A DNA stretch of 64,000 nucleotides from positions 772-64,771 of the forward strand of contig JAZUOX010000006.1 in NCBI GenBank assembly GCA_045604905.1. The letters run 5' to 3'. Every line of letters starts with the position of its first letter. Within the stretch, counting starts at the first letter, position 1. Positions 29,251-38,628 of the stretch are shown here, piece after piece. Under the pieces are notes generated by a model. The model had not been told where the DNA came from. It searched no databases and worked only from the letters and a program-made list of their open reading frames with translations. Origin of the DNA: Clostridia bacterium. Its GTDB lineage: Bacteria > Bacillota > Clostridia > UMGS1883. Made by a program: the position numbers and the translations under genes.

Positions 29251-29272
29251 TGCAAAGCATCAACCTTTTTTT
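29238..29272. terminator. Bidirectional terminator shared by convergent rarA and the patatin gene; both stop codons lie inside the hairpin
   Basis: AAAAA GGTTGATGC-AAA-GCATCAACC TTTTTTT. The rarA TGA is at 29248-29250 and the patatin stop is at 29260-29262. Confidence 0.85.
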
Positions 29273-30105
29273 ATTAGATCTTTATATTTCATTGCTGTCC
29301 TATATCCTTCATCATACATTGCCTGAATAGCTTTGTTTCTGCGTTCAGTGCGTTTCCATCCGGAGGTGCTTACTTCGGGGGCAATGTGGATAATTCGTCC
29401 TTCTTTTTCAAGGGCAAGGACGTGAGCGTGACTTTCGTTATAGACTTTTGCCCTTGCCTTCATAACCGCGGTGAATTCAGGATACTTTTTATACATGTTA
29501 TTGACGATTTTTATAGCAGATTCCTCATTTTTAACATACTTTCTTTCTCTGGTTGTTACTACTATAATTTTTTCGCACCCGTCCTCTATTGCCTTATCTA
29601 CCGGTATAGGGTCTGCAATTCCGCCGTCAAGATATAGCCCATTTCCAAGTTTTACCGGCTGAAATAAAAGGGGGAGAGCACAGCTTGCAATAACAGTTTT
29701 CCATTCCTTATCACTTGATTTTACTTTGTGATATTCGCATTTACCGGTTTTGATATTGGTAAGTGCCGCAAGAGTAGTTATACCGGATTTATCATAAGCA
29801 TCATAATCGAACGGCATATGAATATTGGGTATATCATCAAAAACAAATTTAAGATTATACAAACTGCGGTTTTTGGGATTAAGCAGATGTTTTAATCCCA
29901 TATAACGCTTATCGGGAAGATAGTGAAGACCAATCTCAAGATTCCTGCCCCGTTGCCCCGATACAAATGACACGCCATTTGCAATACCTGCAGATGCACC
30001 GATAAGATAGTCTGTTTTAAATCCCATATCGTGAAGAGCATCAAGTACACCGACAGTGAAATACGCACGGCTTGCACCGCCTTCAAGAACGATTCCTGTT
30101 TTCAT
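29260..30105 (-). CDS. Patatin-like phospholipase family protein
   Basis: Oxyanion GGASRAYF, nucleophile elbow GASAG, and catalytic Asp in LDGG. The ATG at 30105 is 6 nt after AAGGAGG and forms an ATGA overlap with the ribF stop. Confidence 0.85.
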   Translation of the reverse strand: MKTGIVLEGGASRAYFTVGVLDALHDMGFKTDYLIGASAGIANGVSFVSGQRGRNLEIGLHYLPDKRYMGLKHLLNPKNRSLYNLKFVFDDIPNIHMPFDYDAYDKSGITTLAALTNIKTGKCEYHKVKSSDKEWKTVIASCALPLLFQPVKLGNGLYLDGGIADPIPVDKAIEDGCEKIIVVTTRERKYVKNEESAIKIVNNMYKKYPEFTAVMKARAKVYNESHAHVLALEKEGRIIHIAPEVSTSGWKRTERRNKAIQAMYDEGYRTAMKYKDLIKKG

Positions 30106-30971
30106 ACACATCCTCCTTCAACATCTTTTTTGATTTGACTTTTCAGTTCATCGATATTTGCAAATTTTTTCTCTTCCCTGATAAAATCCACAAATTCAAT
30201 TTTAATTTCTTTACCGTAGATATCTTCTGAAAAATCGGGAATATAGGTTTCGCTACGCATTTTTTCTCCGCCTACGGTAGGGTTTATCCCCACATTTGTA
30301 ATTGCAGGCATCCTGATACCGTTAACTGTAACAAATGTTTTATAGACTCCGCAAAGAGGAGAAAGTCTGTTTTCTTCAAAAAAAACATTTGCAGTAGGAA
30401 ACCCGAGGGATTTTCCAAGATGTTTACCTTCTATAACCTTACCTTGTATTGAAAAATTATAGCCAAGAAGCTTATTTGCCAAAGCGACATTACCGTTTTT
30501 GAGTAGCATACGGATATTGCTTGAAGATATGATTTCGTTTCCCAAGGTAATTTCATCGCATACTTCAGTGGAAAAACCGTATTTTTTGCCGAGATTGCAG
30601 AGCGTAACGGTGTCACCGTCTCCGTTTTTCCCGAAATGGTAATTATATCCGCATACTGCATGGGAAATATTAAATTCGCCTACAAGTATATCTCTCACAA
30701 ATTCTTCCGGAGACATACAAAGAAGCTCCTTCGAAAGCGGAAGAAACTCTGCATTTGCTCCTGAATTTTCAATAAGCCTGATTTTTTCTTCTGGGGAAGA
30801 AATATAGCAGACTTTTTCACAGGACAGTATTTCCAGAGGTGATCTGTCAAAGGAAAGTGCAACAGGCGTAAGAGAGTTATCCCTTGCAAACCTGACAGCT
30901 CTTGATATTATTTCCTGATGTGCAATATGCACTCCGTCAAAAAAACCGAGTGCTATCACGGTCTTTGTCAT
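30102..30971 (-). CDS. ribF: Bifunctional riboflavin kinase / FMN adenylyltransferase
   Basis: N-terminal ALGFFDGVHIAH (FAD synthetase) and C-terminal riboflavin kinase (GFPTAN..., PTVGG..., ETYIPDFSEDIYGKEIKIEFVDFIREEKKF). Confidence 0.93.
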   Translation of the reverse strand: MTKTVIALGFFDGVHIAHQEIISRAVRFARDNSLTPVALSFDRSPLEILSCEKVCYISSPEEKIRLIENSGANAEFLPLSKELLCMSPEEFVRDILVGEFNISHAVCGYNYHFGKNGDGDTVTLCNLGKKYGFSTEVCDEITLGNEIISSSNIRMLLKNGNVALANKLLGYNFSIQGKVIEGKHLGKSLGFPTANVFFEENRLSPLCGVYKTFVTVNGIRMPAITNVGINPTVGGEKMRSETYIPDFSEDIYGKEIKIEFVDFIREEKKFANIDELKSQIKKDVEGGCV

Positions 30972-31867
30972 TTATAAAACCCCTTTATAAGCTTAAGACA
31001 TTCTCTGCCGTCAACGGTATCAGCCTGCGAAAGAGCTATAAATACACCGTTTTCGTCATATACACGGTAGAAATTCCCTTGTTTTTTACCTTTATAGTAA
31101 ATCGGCACACCGTTCTTTACACGGTCTGCTTTTGTTTTATCAAGATGGATTGCTCCATATTCTGAAAATGCTGTATCCACGGGGATAATTACTTCGTCAA
31201 CCTTTCCTTCCTCAGAAAGCTTCAGGAGGTCATCGGGAGTTATTGCGTTTTCGATGCTGTAAATACCTGATGCAGTGCGACAAAGTTCGCTTATACAACC
31301 ACCGCAACCGAGCCTATCTCCGATATCTGATGCCAGTGTGCGGATATATGTACCCTTGCTGCAGTGCACATTAACAGTGACATAGGGGAGAGTGATGTTC
31401 TCAATGTCGATAGAAAATATAGTAACACACCTTGCTTCTCTTTCAACATCAATTCCCTGGCGTGCAAGATGATAAAGCCTCTGTCCGTTTACCTGAATGG
31501 CACTGTACATAGGCGGAATCTGTGAAATATCACCAACGAAAGATGTGATTACTTCACGAACTTCGTCTTCTGTAACAGAAACGGGATTTTTCTCAAGAAC
31601 AGTACCTGCCATATCAAGGGTGTCTGTTTTTGTTCCGAGGAGGATTACCGCTCTGTATTTTTTATCCTTCGCAGTCAGAAATTCTGCCGCCCTTGTTGCA
31701 GTTCCAATCAGAATGGGCAGCACTCCGCTTGCTTCAGGGTCAAGGGTGCCTGTATGACCGACTTTTTTCATATTCATTGCTTTACGGACGACACCTACAC
31801 ATTTGTGCGAAGAGCCGCCCTTGGGCTTATTTATTATAATAATGCCGCATTTTTCTGTGCTTTGCAT
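30968..31867 (-). CDS. truB: tRNA pseudouridine(55) synthase
   Basis: Catalytic motif KKVGHTGTLDPEASGVLPI, plus IPPMYSAI and a PUA-like C-terminus. Confidence 0.95.
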   Translation of the reverse strand: MQSTEKCGIIIINKPKGGSSHKCVGVVRKAMNMKKVGHTGTLDPEASGVLPILIGTATRAAEFLTAKDKKYRAVILLGTKTDTLDMAGTVLEKNPVSVTEDEVREVITSFVGDISQIPPMYSAIQVNGQRLYHLARQGIDVEREARCVTIFSIDIENITLPYVTVNVHCSKGTYIRTLASDIGDRLGCGGCISELCRTASGIYSIENAITPDDLLKLSEEGKVDEVIIPVDTAFSEYGAIHLDKTKADRVKNGVPIYYKGKKQGNFYRVYDENGVFIALSQADTVDGRECLKLIKGFYK

Positions 31868-31870
31868 AAC

Positions 31871-32824
31871 TTACACCAACTTTAAAAATTCATCAACAAG
31901 TGCTTTTTCAGCTTCTTCTATACTTATCCCTGCAAAACGGCAACCTGCCGCTTTTTTGTGGCCGCCGCCACCAAATGTACGGGCAACCAGCTCAATATTA
32001 TAATCTTCCAGAGAACGGAGACTTACACGAATATTGCCTTTTTCCACTTCTTTTATAAATGCACTCATAAAAACACCGTCGATACTTCTTGGAATTTGCG
32101 CAAGAGCATCAATGTCGCTGGGAAGTGCGTTATATTTTTCCAAAGTTTCACAGCTTACTGAAGCAATGGCTATTTTTCCGTCACCATAAAGACGGATAGA
32201 ATCAATAGTTTCCGCTTTAAGCTTGAGCTGAGTGAGAGTGTTTCTCTCGTAAAGCATACTTGAAAGATGTGTTGTGCTGATGCCGGTTTCGTAAAGTGCT
32301 ATCAGTATTTCATAAGTGCGTCTGTTTACTGAAGCATACTGAAAAGAACCTGTGTCTGAAGATATGGCACAGTAAATATAGCTTGCAATATCTTTGGTAA
32401 TATCCGCATCAGTATGCTGTAAAAGCTCAAATATAAGCTCACCTGTGGCACTTCTTGAAGGTTCAATATAGGAAAGAGAGGCGAAACTGCCTTTTGCAAT
32501 ATGATGGTCTATACATACTGTGTTTTTATGTTTTGTAAAAGCATCTCCCCAGGCGCCCATACGACTTGCTTCACCTACATCAACTGCACAGTAACATTCA
32601 TAATCCGGCGTACTGTCGTCTGTGTACGAGACAACATCCGTTTCCATAAAAGAAAGATGGCGAGAAAGCTCAGTTTCTGTAAAAACATCTGCACGAATGT
32701 TTTTCTGCCGGAGAGAATTACGCAGAGCGAAAGCACTGCCGATGCAATCCCAATCGGGATTTTCATGAACAAAAATCGCAACGGATTTACTTTTAAAAAG
32801 ATGGTCTGCAATTTTACTTAGCAT
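31871..32824 (-). CDS. nrnA: DHH/DHHA1 phosphoesterase (NrnA-type oligoribonuclease / pAp phosphatase)
   Basis: HENPDWDCIGS, VCIDHH, and DHHA1 GGGGHKKAAG. Typical position between rbfA and truB. Confidence 0.85.
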   Translation of the reverse strand: MLSKIADHLFKSKSVAIFVHENPDWDCIGSAFALRNSLRQKNIRADVFTETELSRHLSFMETDVVSYTDDSTPDYECYCAVDVGEASRMGAWGDAFTKHKNTVCIDHHIAKGSFASLSYIEPSRSATGELIFELLQHTDADITKDIASYIYCAISSDTGSFQYASVNRRTYEILIALYETGISTTHLSSMLYERNTLTQLKLKAETIDSIRLYGDGKIAIASVSCETLEKYNALPSDIDALAQIPRSIDGVFMSAFIKEVEKGNIRVSLRSLEDYNIELVARTFGGGGHKKAAGCRFAGISIEEAEKALVDEFLKLV

Positions 32825-32826
32825 AA

Positions 32827-33174
32827 TTATCCCTCTTTACTGATATCGTTAAGGAGCTTGTTTATATGTGCGCCGTATTCAATGGTTGTATCAATTACAA
32901 AGCTGAATTCAGGCACACAGCGAAGTTTTATACGGCTGCCGATTTCCCGCCTTATAAAGCCCTGGGCAGCGGTTAAGCCTTTGATGGCGTCCTTTTTTTC
33001 CTCATCGCTTCCCATAATACTGATATAAGCCTTTGCATAGCGGAGGTCATTTGTAACATCCACCTTAACCACGCTTGTCATCATAGGAATACGGGGATCT
33101 TTAAGTTCGCGTATAACATTTGATAATTCTTTTTTTACTTCTTCTGATATTCTGTCAGTCCTTTTAAAAGACAT
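32827..33174 (-). CDS. rbfA: Ribosome-binding factor A
   Basis: MSFKRTDRISEEVKKELSNVIRE.LKDPRI... is a canonical RbfA N-terminus. The internal ATG at 33174 has a GAGGG RBS. The listed 33279 start would run through the repeat element. Confidence 0.9.
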   Translation of the reverse strand: MSFKRTDRISEEVKKELSNVIRELKDPRIPMMTSVVKVDVTNDLRYAKAYISIMGSDEEKKDAIKGLTAAQGFIRREIGSRIKLRCVPEFSFVIDTTIEYGAHINKLLNDISKEG

Positions 33175-33270
33175 AGTTTTTCCCTCATTTCGAAAATAAG
33201 TAAATGAGCTTTCCGCCCATTTACTTATTTTGTGTTGGTTTTGATAGTTTATTAAAAATATTGGAAAGAA

Positions 33271-33326
33271 GAAATCCAAAGGATTTCAACCTTCATTTCG
33301 AACTTCGAACTTCAAATTTCGCATTA
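33271..33326. repeat. Heptamer-arm repeat element, copy B (solo right arm) in the infB-rbfA spacer
   Basis: Hairpin GAAATCC-AAA-GGATTTC followed by AACCTTCATTTCGAACTTCGAACTTCAAATTTCGCATT. About 80 percent identical by hand alignment to the right arms at 10142-10181 and 49881-49919. Confidence 0.7.
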
Positions 33327-33336
33327 AGAGATAAAT

Positions 33337-35619
33337 TTATCTCTTGACTTCCTCCATTACATAGCATTCAACGTTGTCGCCTTCTTTAATGTCATTGAAT
33401 CTTACAAAGCCCATACCACATTCATAACCGCTTGCAACTTCTTTAACATCGTCCTTGAAACGCTTAAGTGAATCAAGCTCACCCTCATGGATAACGATAC
33501 CGTCACGAACGATACGAACGCTGCAGTTACGCTGAATCTTACCGTCTGTAACATAGCAACCGCCGATTGTGCCTACGCCGCTTACCTTGAATGTCTGACG
33601 GATTTCAGCATGACCGATAACAGCTTCACGGAAAGTGGGTGCAAGCATACCCTTCATAGCAGCTTCAATTTCTTCGATAGCTTCGTAGATGACTCTGTAC
33701 ATGCGCATATCAACCTTGTTAAGCTCAGCTGCGTTTCTGCCACCTACATCGGGACGCACGTTAAATCCTACGATAATTGCATTTGATGCAGAGGCAAGAG
33801 TAACGTCACTTTCAGTTATAGCACCAACTGCACCGTGGATAACTCTTACTCTTACTTCTTCATTTGAAAGCTTTTCAAGACTCTGTCTTACCGCTTCAAC
33901 ACTACCCTGTACATCGGCCTTAACGATAATATTAAGGTCTTTCACATCACCCTGCTGAATCTGGCTGAAGAGGTCTTCAAGGTTGACTTTCTGCTTAGCT
34001 TTATTAGCCTCGTCTTTGATTTTCTGTTTTCTTGTTTCAACAACATGGCGGGCAGCTCTTTCGTCTTCTACTGCGTAGAATACATCATTACCGTCAGGTG
34101 TTTCGCTGAGACCGATGATTTCAACGGGAGTAGAGGGCTTAGCCTCCTTAATTTTCTTGCCTTTGTCGTCAAGCATAGCTCTGACTCTGCCCACGGCAGT
34201 ACCTGCAACTATAATATCTCCCTGACGGAGAGTACCGTTTTGCACAAGCACTGTTGCAACAGGGCCACGGCCTTTGTCAAGCTTAGCTTCAATAACTGTA
34301 CCTTTTGCACGACGGTCAGGATTAGCCTTAAGCTCTTTCATTTCCGCGGTAAGAAGTACCATTTCAAGGAGACCGTCAATATTCTGGCGCTGTTTTGCAC
34401 TTACTTCAACACAGATAACATCGCCGCCCCATTCTTCGGGAACAAGACCATGCTCTGTAAGTTCCTGTTTTACTCTGTCGGGGTTTGCGCCTTCTTTATC
34501 AATTTTATTGATAGCAACGATAATGCTTACTTCAGCTGCTTTTGCGTGGTTTATAGCTTCAATTGTCTGAGGCATAATACCGTCGTCAGCCGCAACAACG
34601 AGGATTGCAATATCAGTAACCTGTGCACCGCGGGCACGCATTGCAGTAAACGCTTCGTGTCCGGGAGTATCAAGAAATGCAATCTTATTTCCGTTGATTG
34701 TAACCATATAAGCACCGATGTGCTGTGTGATACCGCCTGCTTCGCTTGCGGTAACATTTGTACTGCGGATTGCGTCAAGAAGACTTGTTTTACCATGGTC
34801 AACGTGACCCATTACGCAGACAACGGGAGGACGAGGGCGAAGATCCTTTTCATCATCGGGAGCATCAGCCTCGCCAAAGAGTTTGTCTTCCTCGGTGATG
34901 ATGATTTCTCTCTCAACTTCTGCACCCATATCTTCTGCGATAAGTGCAGCAATATCATATTCAATATCCTGTGTGATTGCTGCCATAATGCCAAGCTGCA
35001 TAAGACGCTTGATAATCTCCGTTGCAGAAACCTTCATTTTCTGTGCAAGGTCGCCTACGGTGATTGTGTCGGGAATAACAACATGGAGCTTTTCAACCTT
35101 TTCTTTTTTTGGCTTCTGAATCATTTCCTCAGGCTTAGGCTGGTTTTTCTTCTGGGGTTGCTGCTTGTTCTTATTCTTTTTTATACGCTGTTTGTTAGTT
35201 TCTGTATCCTTGATTTCGGGAGCAAGCTCTTCGGCTTTTTCCTTTGCAAGCTGAACGTCAAGATCAACCGCATTTGTTCTAGTGTCAACATAGCGGAGAT
35301 TTTTTTGGGGAGTAATTTCCTGAGTAATTTCTTCATCAGTAATCTCAGGAAGTATTTCTTCTTTCTTTTCCTTTTTCTGTTTAGTGGCAGCCTTTTCTTT
35401 TTCTGCTTTTTCCTGGTAAGCATTTACATACTCTTCGATAGACGAACCATCATCAAACTTCTGAGTATAGTATTCCATAACGATGCTCATTTCGTCGGCA
35501 TCAAGAGAAGCAGCTGAGCTTTTTGTGATTCCTGCAACCTCTCCGAGCATAGCGGCGATTTCTTTACCTGGAACATTTATTGCTTTTGCCAATGCACTTA
35601 TTTTCTGTTTTGCAATCAT
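33337..35619 (-). CDS. infB: Translation initiation factor IF-2
   Basis: 760 aa with a Lys/Glu-rich N-terminal region and a GTPase domain ([26 protein letters not shown]), followed by the C-terminal IF-2 domains. Confidence 0.97.
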   Translation of the reverse strand: MIAKQKISALAKAINVPGKEIAAMLGEVAGITKSSAASLDADEMSIVMEYYTQKFDDGSSIEEYVNAYQEKAEKEKAATKQKKEKKEEILPEITDEEITQEITPQKNLRYVDTRTNAVDLDVQLAKEKAEELAPEIKDTETNKQRIKKNKNKQQPQKKNQPKPEEMIQKPKKEKVEKLHVVIPDTITVGDLAQKMKVSATEIIKRLMQLGIMAAITQDIEYDIAALIAEDMGAEVEREIIITEEDKLFGEADAPDDEKDLRPRPPVVCVMGHVDHGKTSLLDAIRSTNVTASEAGGITQHIGAYMVTINGNKIAFLDTPGHEAFTAMRARGAQVTDIAILVVAADDGIMPQTIEAINHAKAAEVSIIVAINKIDKEGANPDRVKQELTEHGLVPEEWGGDVICVEVSAKQRQNIDGLLEMVLLTAEMKELKANPDRRAKGTVIEAKLDKGRGPVATVLVQNGTLRQGDIIVAGTAVGRVRAMLDDKGKKIKEAKPSTPVEIIGLSETPDGNDVFYAVEDERAARHVVETRKQKIKDEANKAKQKVNLEDLFSQIQQGDVKDLNIIVKADVQGSVEAVRQSLEKLSNEEVRVRVIHGAVGAITESDVTLASASNAIIVGFNVRPDVGGRNAAELNKVDMRMYRVIYEAIEEIEAAMKGMLAPTFREAVIGHAEIRQTFKVSGVGTIGGCYVTDGKIQRNCSVRIVRDGIVIHEGELDSLKRFKDDVKEVASGYECGMGFVRFNDIKEGDNVECYVMEEVKR

Positions 35620-35936
35620 TTATCAGCACCTCCGTTATTTTTTAATTTCACGATAGCTTCAGCAAAACCGTGGTCGAGAATTCCGACTACCGGCATATCT
35701 TTTTTACCTGCCGCATGACTGAGTGTTTGTTTGTCAGCGTGAAAAATTACCGGAATGCCCCAATCAAGGCATTTACCCTCAATTTTACGCCTGTTGCTCT
35801 GACCAATATCTTCAGCCATAATAACAAGCTCACAAGTTCCTTCTTCAAGAGCTTTTTCTGTAAGGAAAACCCCTGCCGAAGTTTTTTTAGCACGCACAGC
35901 AAGACCAACCATGCCAAGTAATCTATCGTTCATCAA
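35616..35936 (-). CDS. ylxQ: L7Ae-family RNA-binding protein YlxQ
   Basis: ~100-aa L7Ae-like protein between ylxR and infB, overlapping both neighbours by 4 nt. Confidence 0.8.
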   Translation of the reverse strand: MMNDRLLGMVGLAVRAKKTSAGVFLTEKALEEGTCELVIMAEDIGQSNRRKIEGKCLDWGIPVIFHADKQTLSHAAGKKDMPVVGILDHGFAEAIVKLKNNGGADK

Positions 35937-36181
35937 ATCAGTTCCTTTTTAATAATATCTTTTAATTCAGGGGGGACAGCACCTTTGAAAGCGCGCTCAA
36001 AAGCTCGTTGCTTTTCAAATTTTTCACTGCAGTCACCGTCCTTGCATATATATGCACCACGGCCTGGAAGTTTGCCGGATATATCCACAGAAAAGCTATC
36101 TTTGTATTTTGTTACGCGTAAAAGCTCTTCCTTGGATTTCATCTGTCTGCATACAACGCACATTCTTAGATGGATTGTCAT
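35933..36181 (-). CDS. ylxR: YlxR/RnpM family (DUF448) RNA-binding protein
   Basis: RMCVVCRQMKSKEELLRV...GRGAYIC... is the DUF448 signature. Position directly after nusA. Confidence 0.88.
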   Translation of the reverse strand: MTIHLRMCVVCRQMKSKEELLRVTKYKDSFSVDISGKLPGRGAYICKDGDCSEKFEKQRAFERAFKGAVPPELKDIIKKELI

Positions 36182-36193
36182 TTATATCTCCTT

Positions 36194-37231
36194 TTATTCG
36201 ACTACGCTTGCATCACTTTTGATGTCAATTTTCCATCCTGTAAGTCTTGCTGCAAGACGGGCGTTCTGACCTTCTTTACCGATAGCAAGCGAAAGCTGAA
36301 ATTCAGGCACTGTTATAAGTGCTGATTTATTCTTTTCGTCTATTTCAACACTGAGCACCTTTGCGGGATTAAGCGCTGCACTGATGTACTCTGCAGGATC
36401 TTCGCTGTAACGGATAACATCTATTTTTTCATCGTTAAGCTCTTCAACAATACCTGCAACTCTTGTACCCTTCTGACCTACGCAAGCACCGACGGGATCA
36501 ACATCGGGATTGTCTGAGTATACGGCAAGCTTGCTGCGGCTTCCTGCTTCACGGGCAATACTCTTTATCTGAACTGTACCGTCAGCAATTTCAGGAACTT
36601 CCTGCTCAAAAAGCTTTTTAACGAGTCCGGGATGAGTTCTTGAAACCATAAGGTTTACACTTTTTGTGGTTTTCTTAACTTCGAAAACATATACCTTAAG
36701 TTTTCTTCCGGGGGTGTAATCCTCACCGGGAATCTGCTCGGACGGTGTAAGAAGAGCCTCTGCAGTGCCAAGGTCAACCATAATACCTCTGCGGTCAAGC
36801 TTTTCAACCTTACCGAGCATTACGTCATTTTCCTTGTCACTGTATTCATCATACATATTTCCGCGTTCTGCCTCGCGGATTTTCTGTACGACCATTTGCT
36901 TTGCTGTCTGTGCTGCGATTCTGCCGAATTTAGCAGGATCTGCTTCGAAATCAACACTGTCACCGATCTGGTAACGCTTGTTGATAGCTTTTGCTTCCTC
37001 AAGAGAAAGCTCAATTGCGTCATCTTCAACCTCTTCAACAACTGTCTTTGTGCAGTAAACACGCATATCACCGGTTTCACGGTTTACTTCAGCGAAACAG
37101 TTATAGTTTGCACCGAAGTTCTTTTTGTATGCTGTTACAAGAGCTGCCTCAAGCGCTTCAAACATAAGGTCTTTTTTGATACGCTTTTCTTTTTCAAGTA
37201 AGTCAAGTGCCAGAATAAGTTCTTTGTTCAT
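36194..37231 (-). CDS. nusA: Transcription termination/antitermination factor NusA
   Basis: N-terminal domain, S1 domain and two KH domains (...DPVGACVGQKGTRV..., ...LAIGKEGQNARLAARLTGWKIDI). Confidence 0.97.
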   Translation of the reverse strand: MNKELILALDLLEKEKRIKKDLMFEALEAALVTAYKKNFGANYNCFAEVNRETGDMRVYCTKTVVEEVEDDAIELSLEEAKAINKRYQIGDSVDFEADPAKFGRIAAQTAKQMVVQKIREAERGNMYDEYSDKENDVMLGKVEKLDRRGIMVDLGTAEALLTPSEQIPGEDYTPGRKLKVYVFEVKKTTKSVNLMVSRTHPGLVKKLFEQEVPEIADGTVQIKSIAREAGSRSKLAVYSDNPDVDPVGACVGQKGTRVAGIVEELNDEKIDVIRYSEDPAEYISAALNPAKVLSVEIDEKNKSALITVPEFQLSLAIGKEGQNARLAARLTGWKIDIKSDASVVE

Positions 37232-37250
37232 TTTTTGTTAAACACTCCTA

Positions 37251-37706
37251 TCAAAATTTAAATGAGAGGCGAACAGAAGCCGCCTGTTTTTCTTCTATCT
37301 CAAGGTCTTTGCCATTATATTCAACTGTAATCTTGCCATTGTCATAGCCTTTGAGAACTGCAGTTATTTCCTTTGTTCCCTCAATAGCTGCAAACAGCTT
37401 GATATCAATTTCCTGACCAATTACTTTTTCAAAATGCCACGGGCGTGAAAGAACTCTGTCAATGCCGGGGGACGATACTTCGAAAATATACGCGTCCTTA
37501 ATAAAAGTAAGGTCATCAAGCATAGGACTGATTTCTCTTGAGACATTTTCGCAGTCCTCGATAGTTACACCGCCGTCTTTGTCAATGAAAAGACGGAGAA
37601 AGTATTCACTGCCTTCTTTTTTGTATTCGGTGTTGTAGATATACACACCGTGGCGCTCACACACGGGGAGAGCAAGTTTTTCAAGTGCTTCATCAATTTT
37701 AGCCAA
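37251..37706 (-). CDS. rimP: Ribosome maturation factor RimP
   Basis: ...YFLRLFIDKDGGVTIEDCENVSREISPMLD...FEVSSPGIDRVL... TTG start preceded by AAGGAG. Confidence 0.92.
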   Translation of the reverse strand: MAKIDEALEKLALPVCERHGVYIYNTEYKKEGSEYFLRLFIDKDGGVTIEDCENVSREISPMLDDLTFIKDAYIFEVSSPGIDRVLSRPWHFEKVIGQEIDIKLFAAIEGTKEITAVLKGYDNGKITVEYNGKDLEIEEKQAASVRLSFKF

Positions 37707-37726
37707 GAAATCAACTCCTTAATATA

Positions 37727-37764
37727 ACACGAAAGAGTGAGCCGCAAGCTCACTCTCTCTACCA
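37727..37764 (-). promoter_or_regulatory. Leader hairpin with an interrupted U tract between the rimP promoter and the rimP RBS
   Basis: Minus-strand RNA reads GAGUGAGC-UUGCG-GCUCACUC followed by UUUCGUGUUAUAUU, then the AAGGAG RBS. Confidence 0.45.
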
Positions 37765-37770
37765 ATTCGC

Positions 37771-37799
37771 ATTATAACACAAAAAAATGGAAATTGCAA
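37771..37799 (-). promoter_or_regulatory. Sigma-A-type promoter of the rimP-nusA-infB operon
   Basis: On the minus strand: TTGCAA (37799-37794), 17-nt spacer, TATAAT (37776-37771). Confidence 0.65.
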
Positions 37800-37822
37800 G
37801 TGCTTTTTGAAAAAAACTTACA

Positions 37823-38602
37823 TTATATATCAAGGTTTCGTTTGTACTCCGTAGGCGTAGTCTGGTAAATCTTTCTGAAAGCACGGTTGAAACTGCGGAT
37901 GCTTTCAAATCCGCACAGCGTTGAAATTTCACTCATTGAAAGTTTGCCGTCCTTTAAATGGTTAAGGGCGAAGGATACGCGCAAAGAATTTAAATAGTCA
38001 CGGAAACCCATCTGCACCTTTTCACTGAAAATGTGGGAAATGTAGGATTTACTTATAAAAATCTCCTTTGAAATGTCTTCAAGGGAAATATTTTTCTTAT
38101 AATTGCTTTCGCAGTAATCAAGTATTTTTTGCAAAGTGGAGGAATCCGTGTTTTTCTTGTCGCTGAATTCAGCTTTGTCAAAAAGGAGTGAAAACGCTGA
38201 AAGAATCGCACCACGCTGAAATGCCTTGTGATATGCAGAGCTTTTCGTTGCGGCATTTTCAAGAAGCGTTCCTGCAAGTGACGGAACATCTGTGAGATGA
38301 GGGGTAAGTATATTTTTTTCGGTGAAAAGATTACGGAATTCGGGAAGGTATTCTGTGGGGATAATAGATATAACCGCATCTATATCGTGGCTTTCATAGA
38401 AATAGTGAACTCTTTGCGGAAATGCGATAAAAGCATCTCCTGACGACAAAACATACTCTTTGCCGTCGTAAAAAGCCTTTGCCGTTCCGCGGATAATATA
38501 TATCAATTCTATATTGTCGTGTATGTGGGCAGGAACGTCCAGATCGTCATTTGTATAACAAAGAAGCTTTCCGTGACGCTCTTTTTCGTAAATAAACTTC
38601 AT
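37823..38602 (-). CDS. AraC family transcriptional regulator (cupin plus HTH)
   Basis: N-terminal cupin (HIHDNIELIYII.GTA) and C-terminal AraC HTH pair (...SLEDISKEIFISKSYISHIFSEK..., ...MSEISTLCGFESIRSFNRAFRKIYQTTPTEY). Divergent from the GH cluster. Confidence 0.85.
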   Translation of the reverse strand: MKFIYEKERHGKLLCYTNDDLDVPAHIHDNIELIYIIRGTAKAFYDGKEYVLSSGDAFIAFPQRVHYFYESHDIDAVISIIPTEYLPEFRNLFTEKNILTPHLTDVPSLAGTLLENAATKSSAYHKAFQRGAILSAFSLLFDKAEFSDKKNTDSSTLQKILDYCESNYKKNISLEDISKEIFISKSYISHIFSEKVQMGFRDYLNSLRVSFALNHLKDGKLSMSEISTLCGFESIRSFNRAFRKIYQTTPTEYKRNLDI

Positions 38603-38628
38603 AGTATTTCCTCTTTTAAGCTTTGGTA

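Noticed and set aside
29260-30105. Patatin-like phospholipase as an effector of a CBASS/other defence system
   Set aside because: There is no cyclase, sensor, TIR/SAVED or other defence partner. The gene is translationally coupled (ATGA) to ribF at the end of the core nusA-infB-truB-ribF operon, which suggests a housekeeping lipid hydrolase.
34045-35517. 490-aa plus-strand ORF, the longest unannotated ORF in the track
   Set aside because: It lies entirely antisense to infB. Its translation is low-complexity (Cys/Phe/Asn/Leu-rich) with no motifs. infB on the other strand has unmistakable GTPase motifs. It is a typical shadow ORF of a codon-biased gene.
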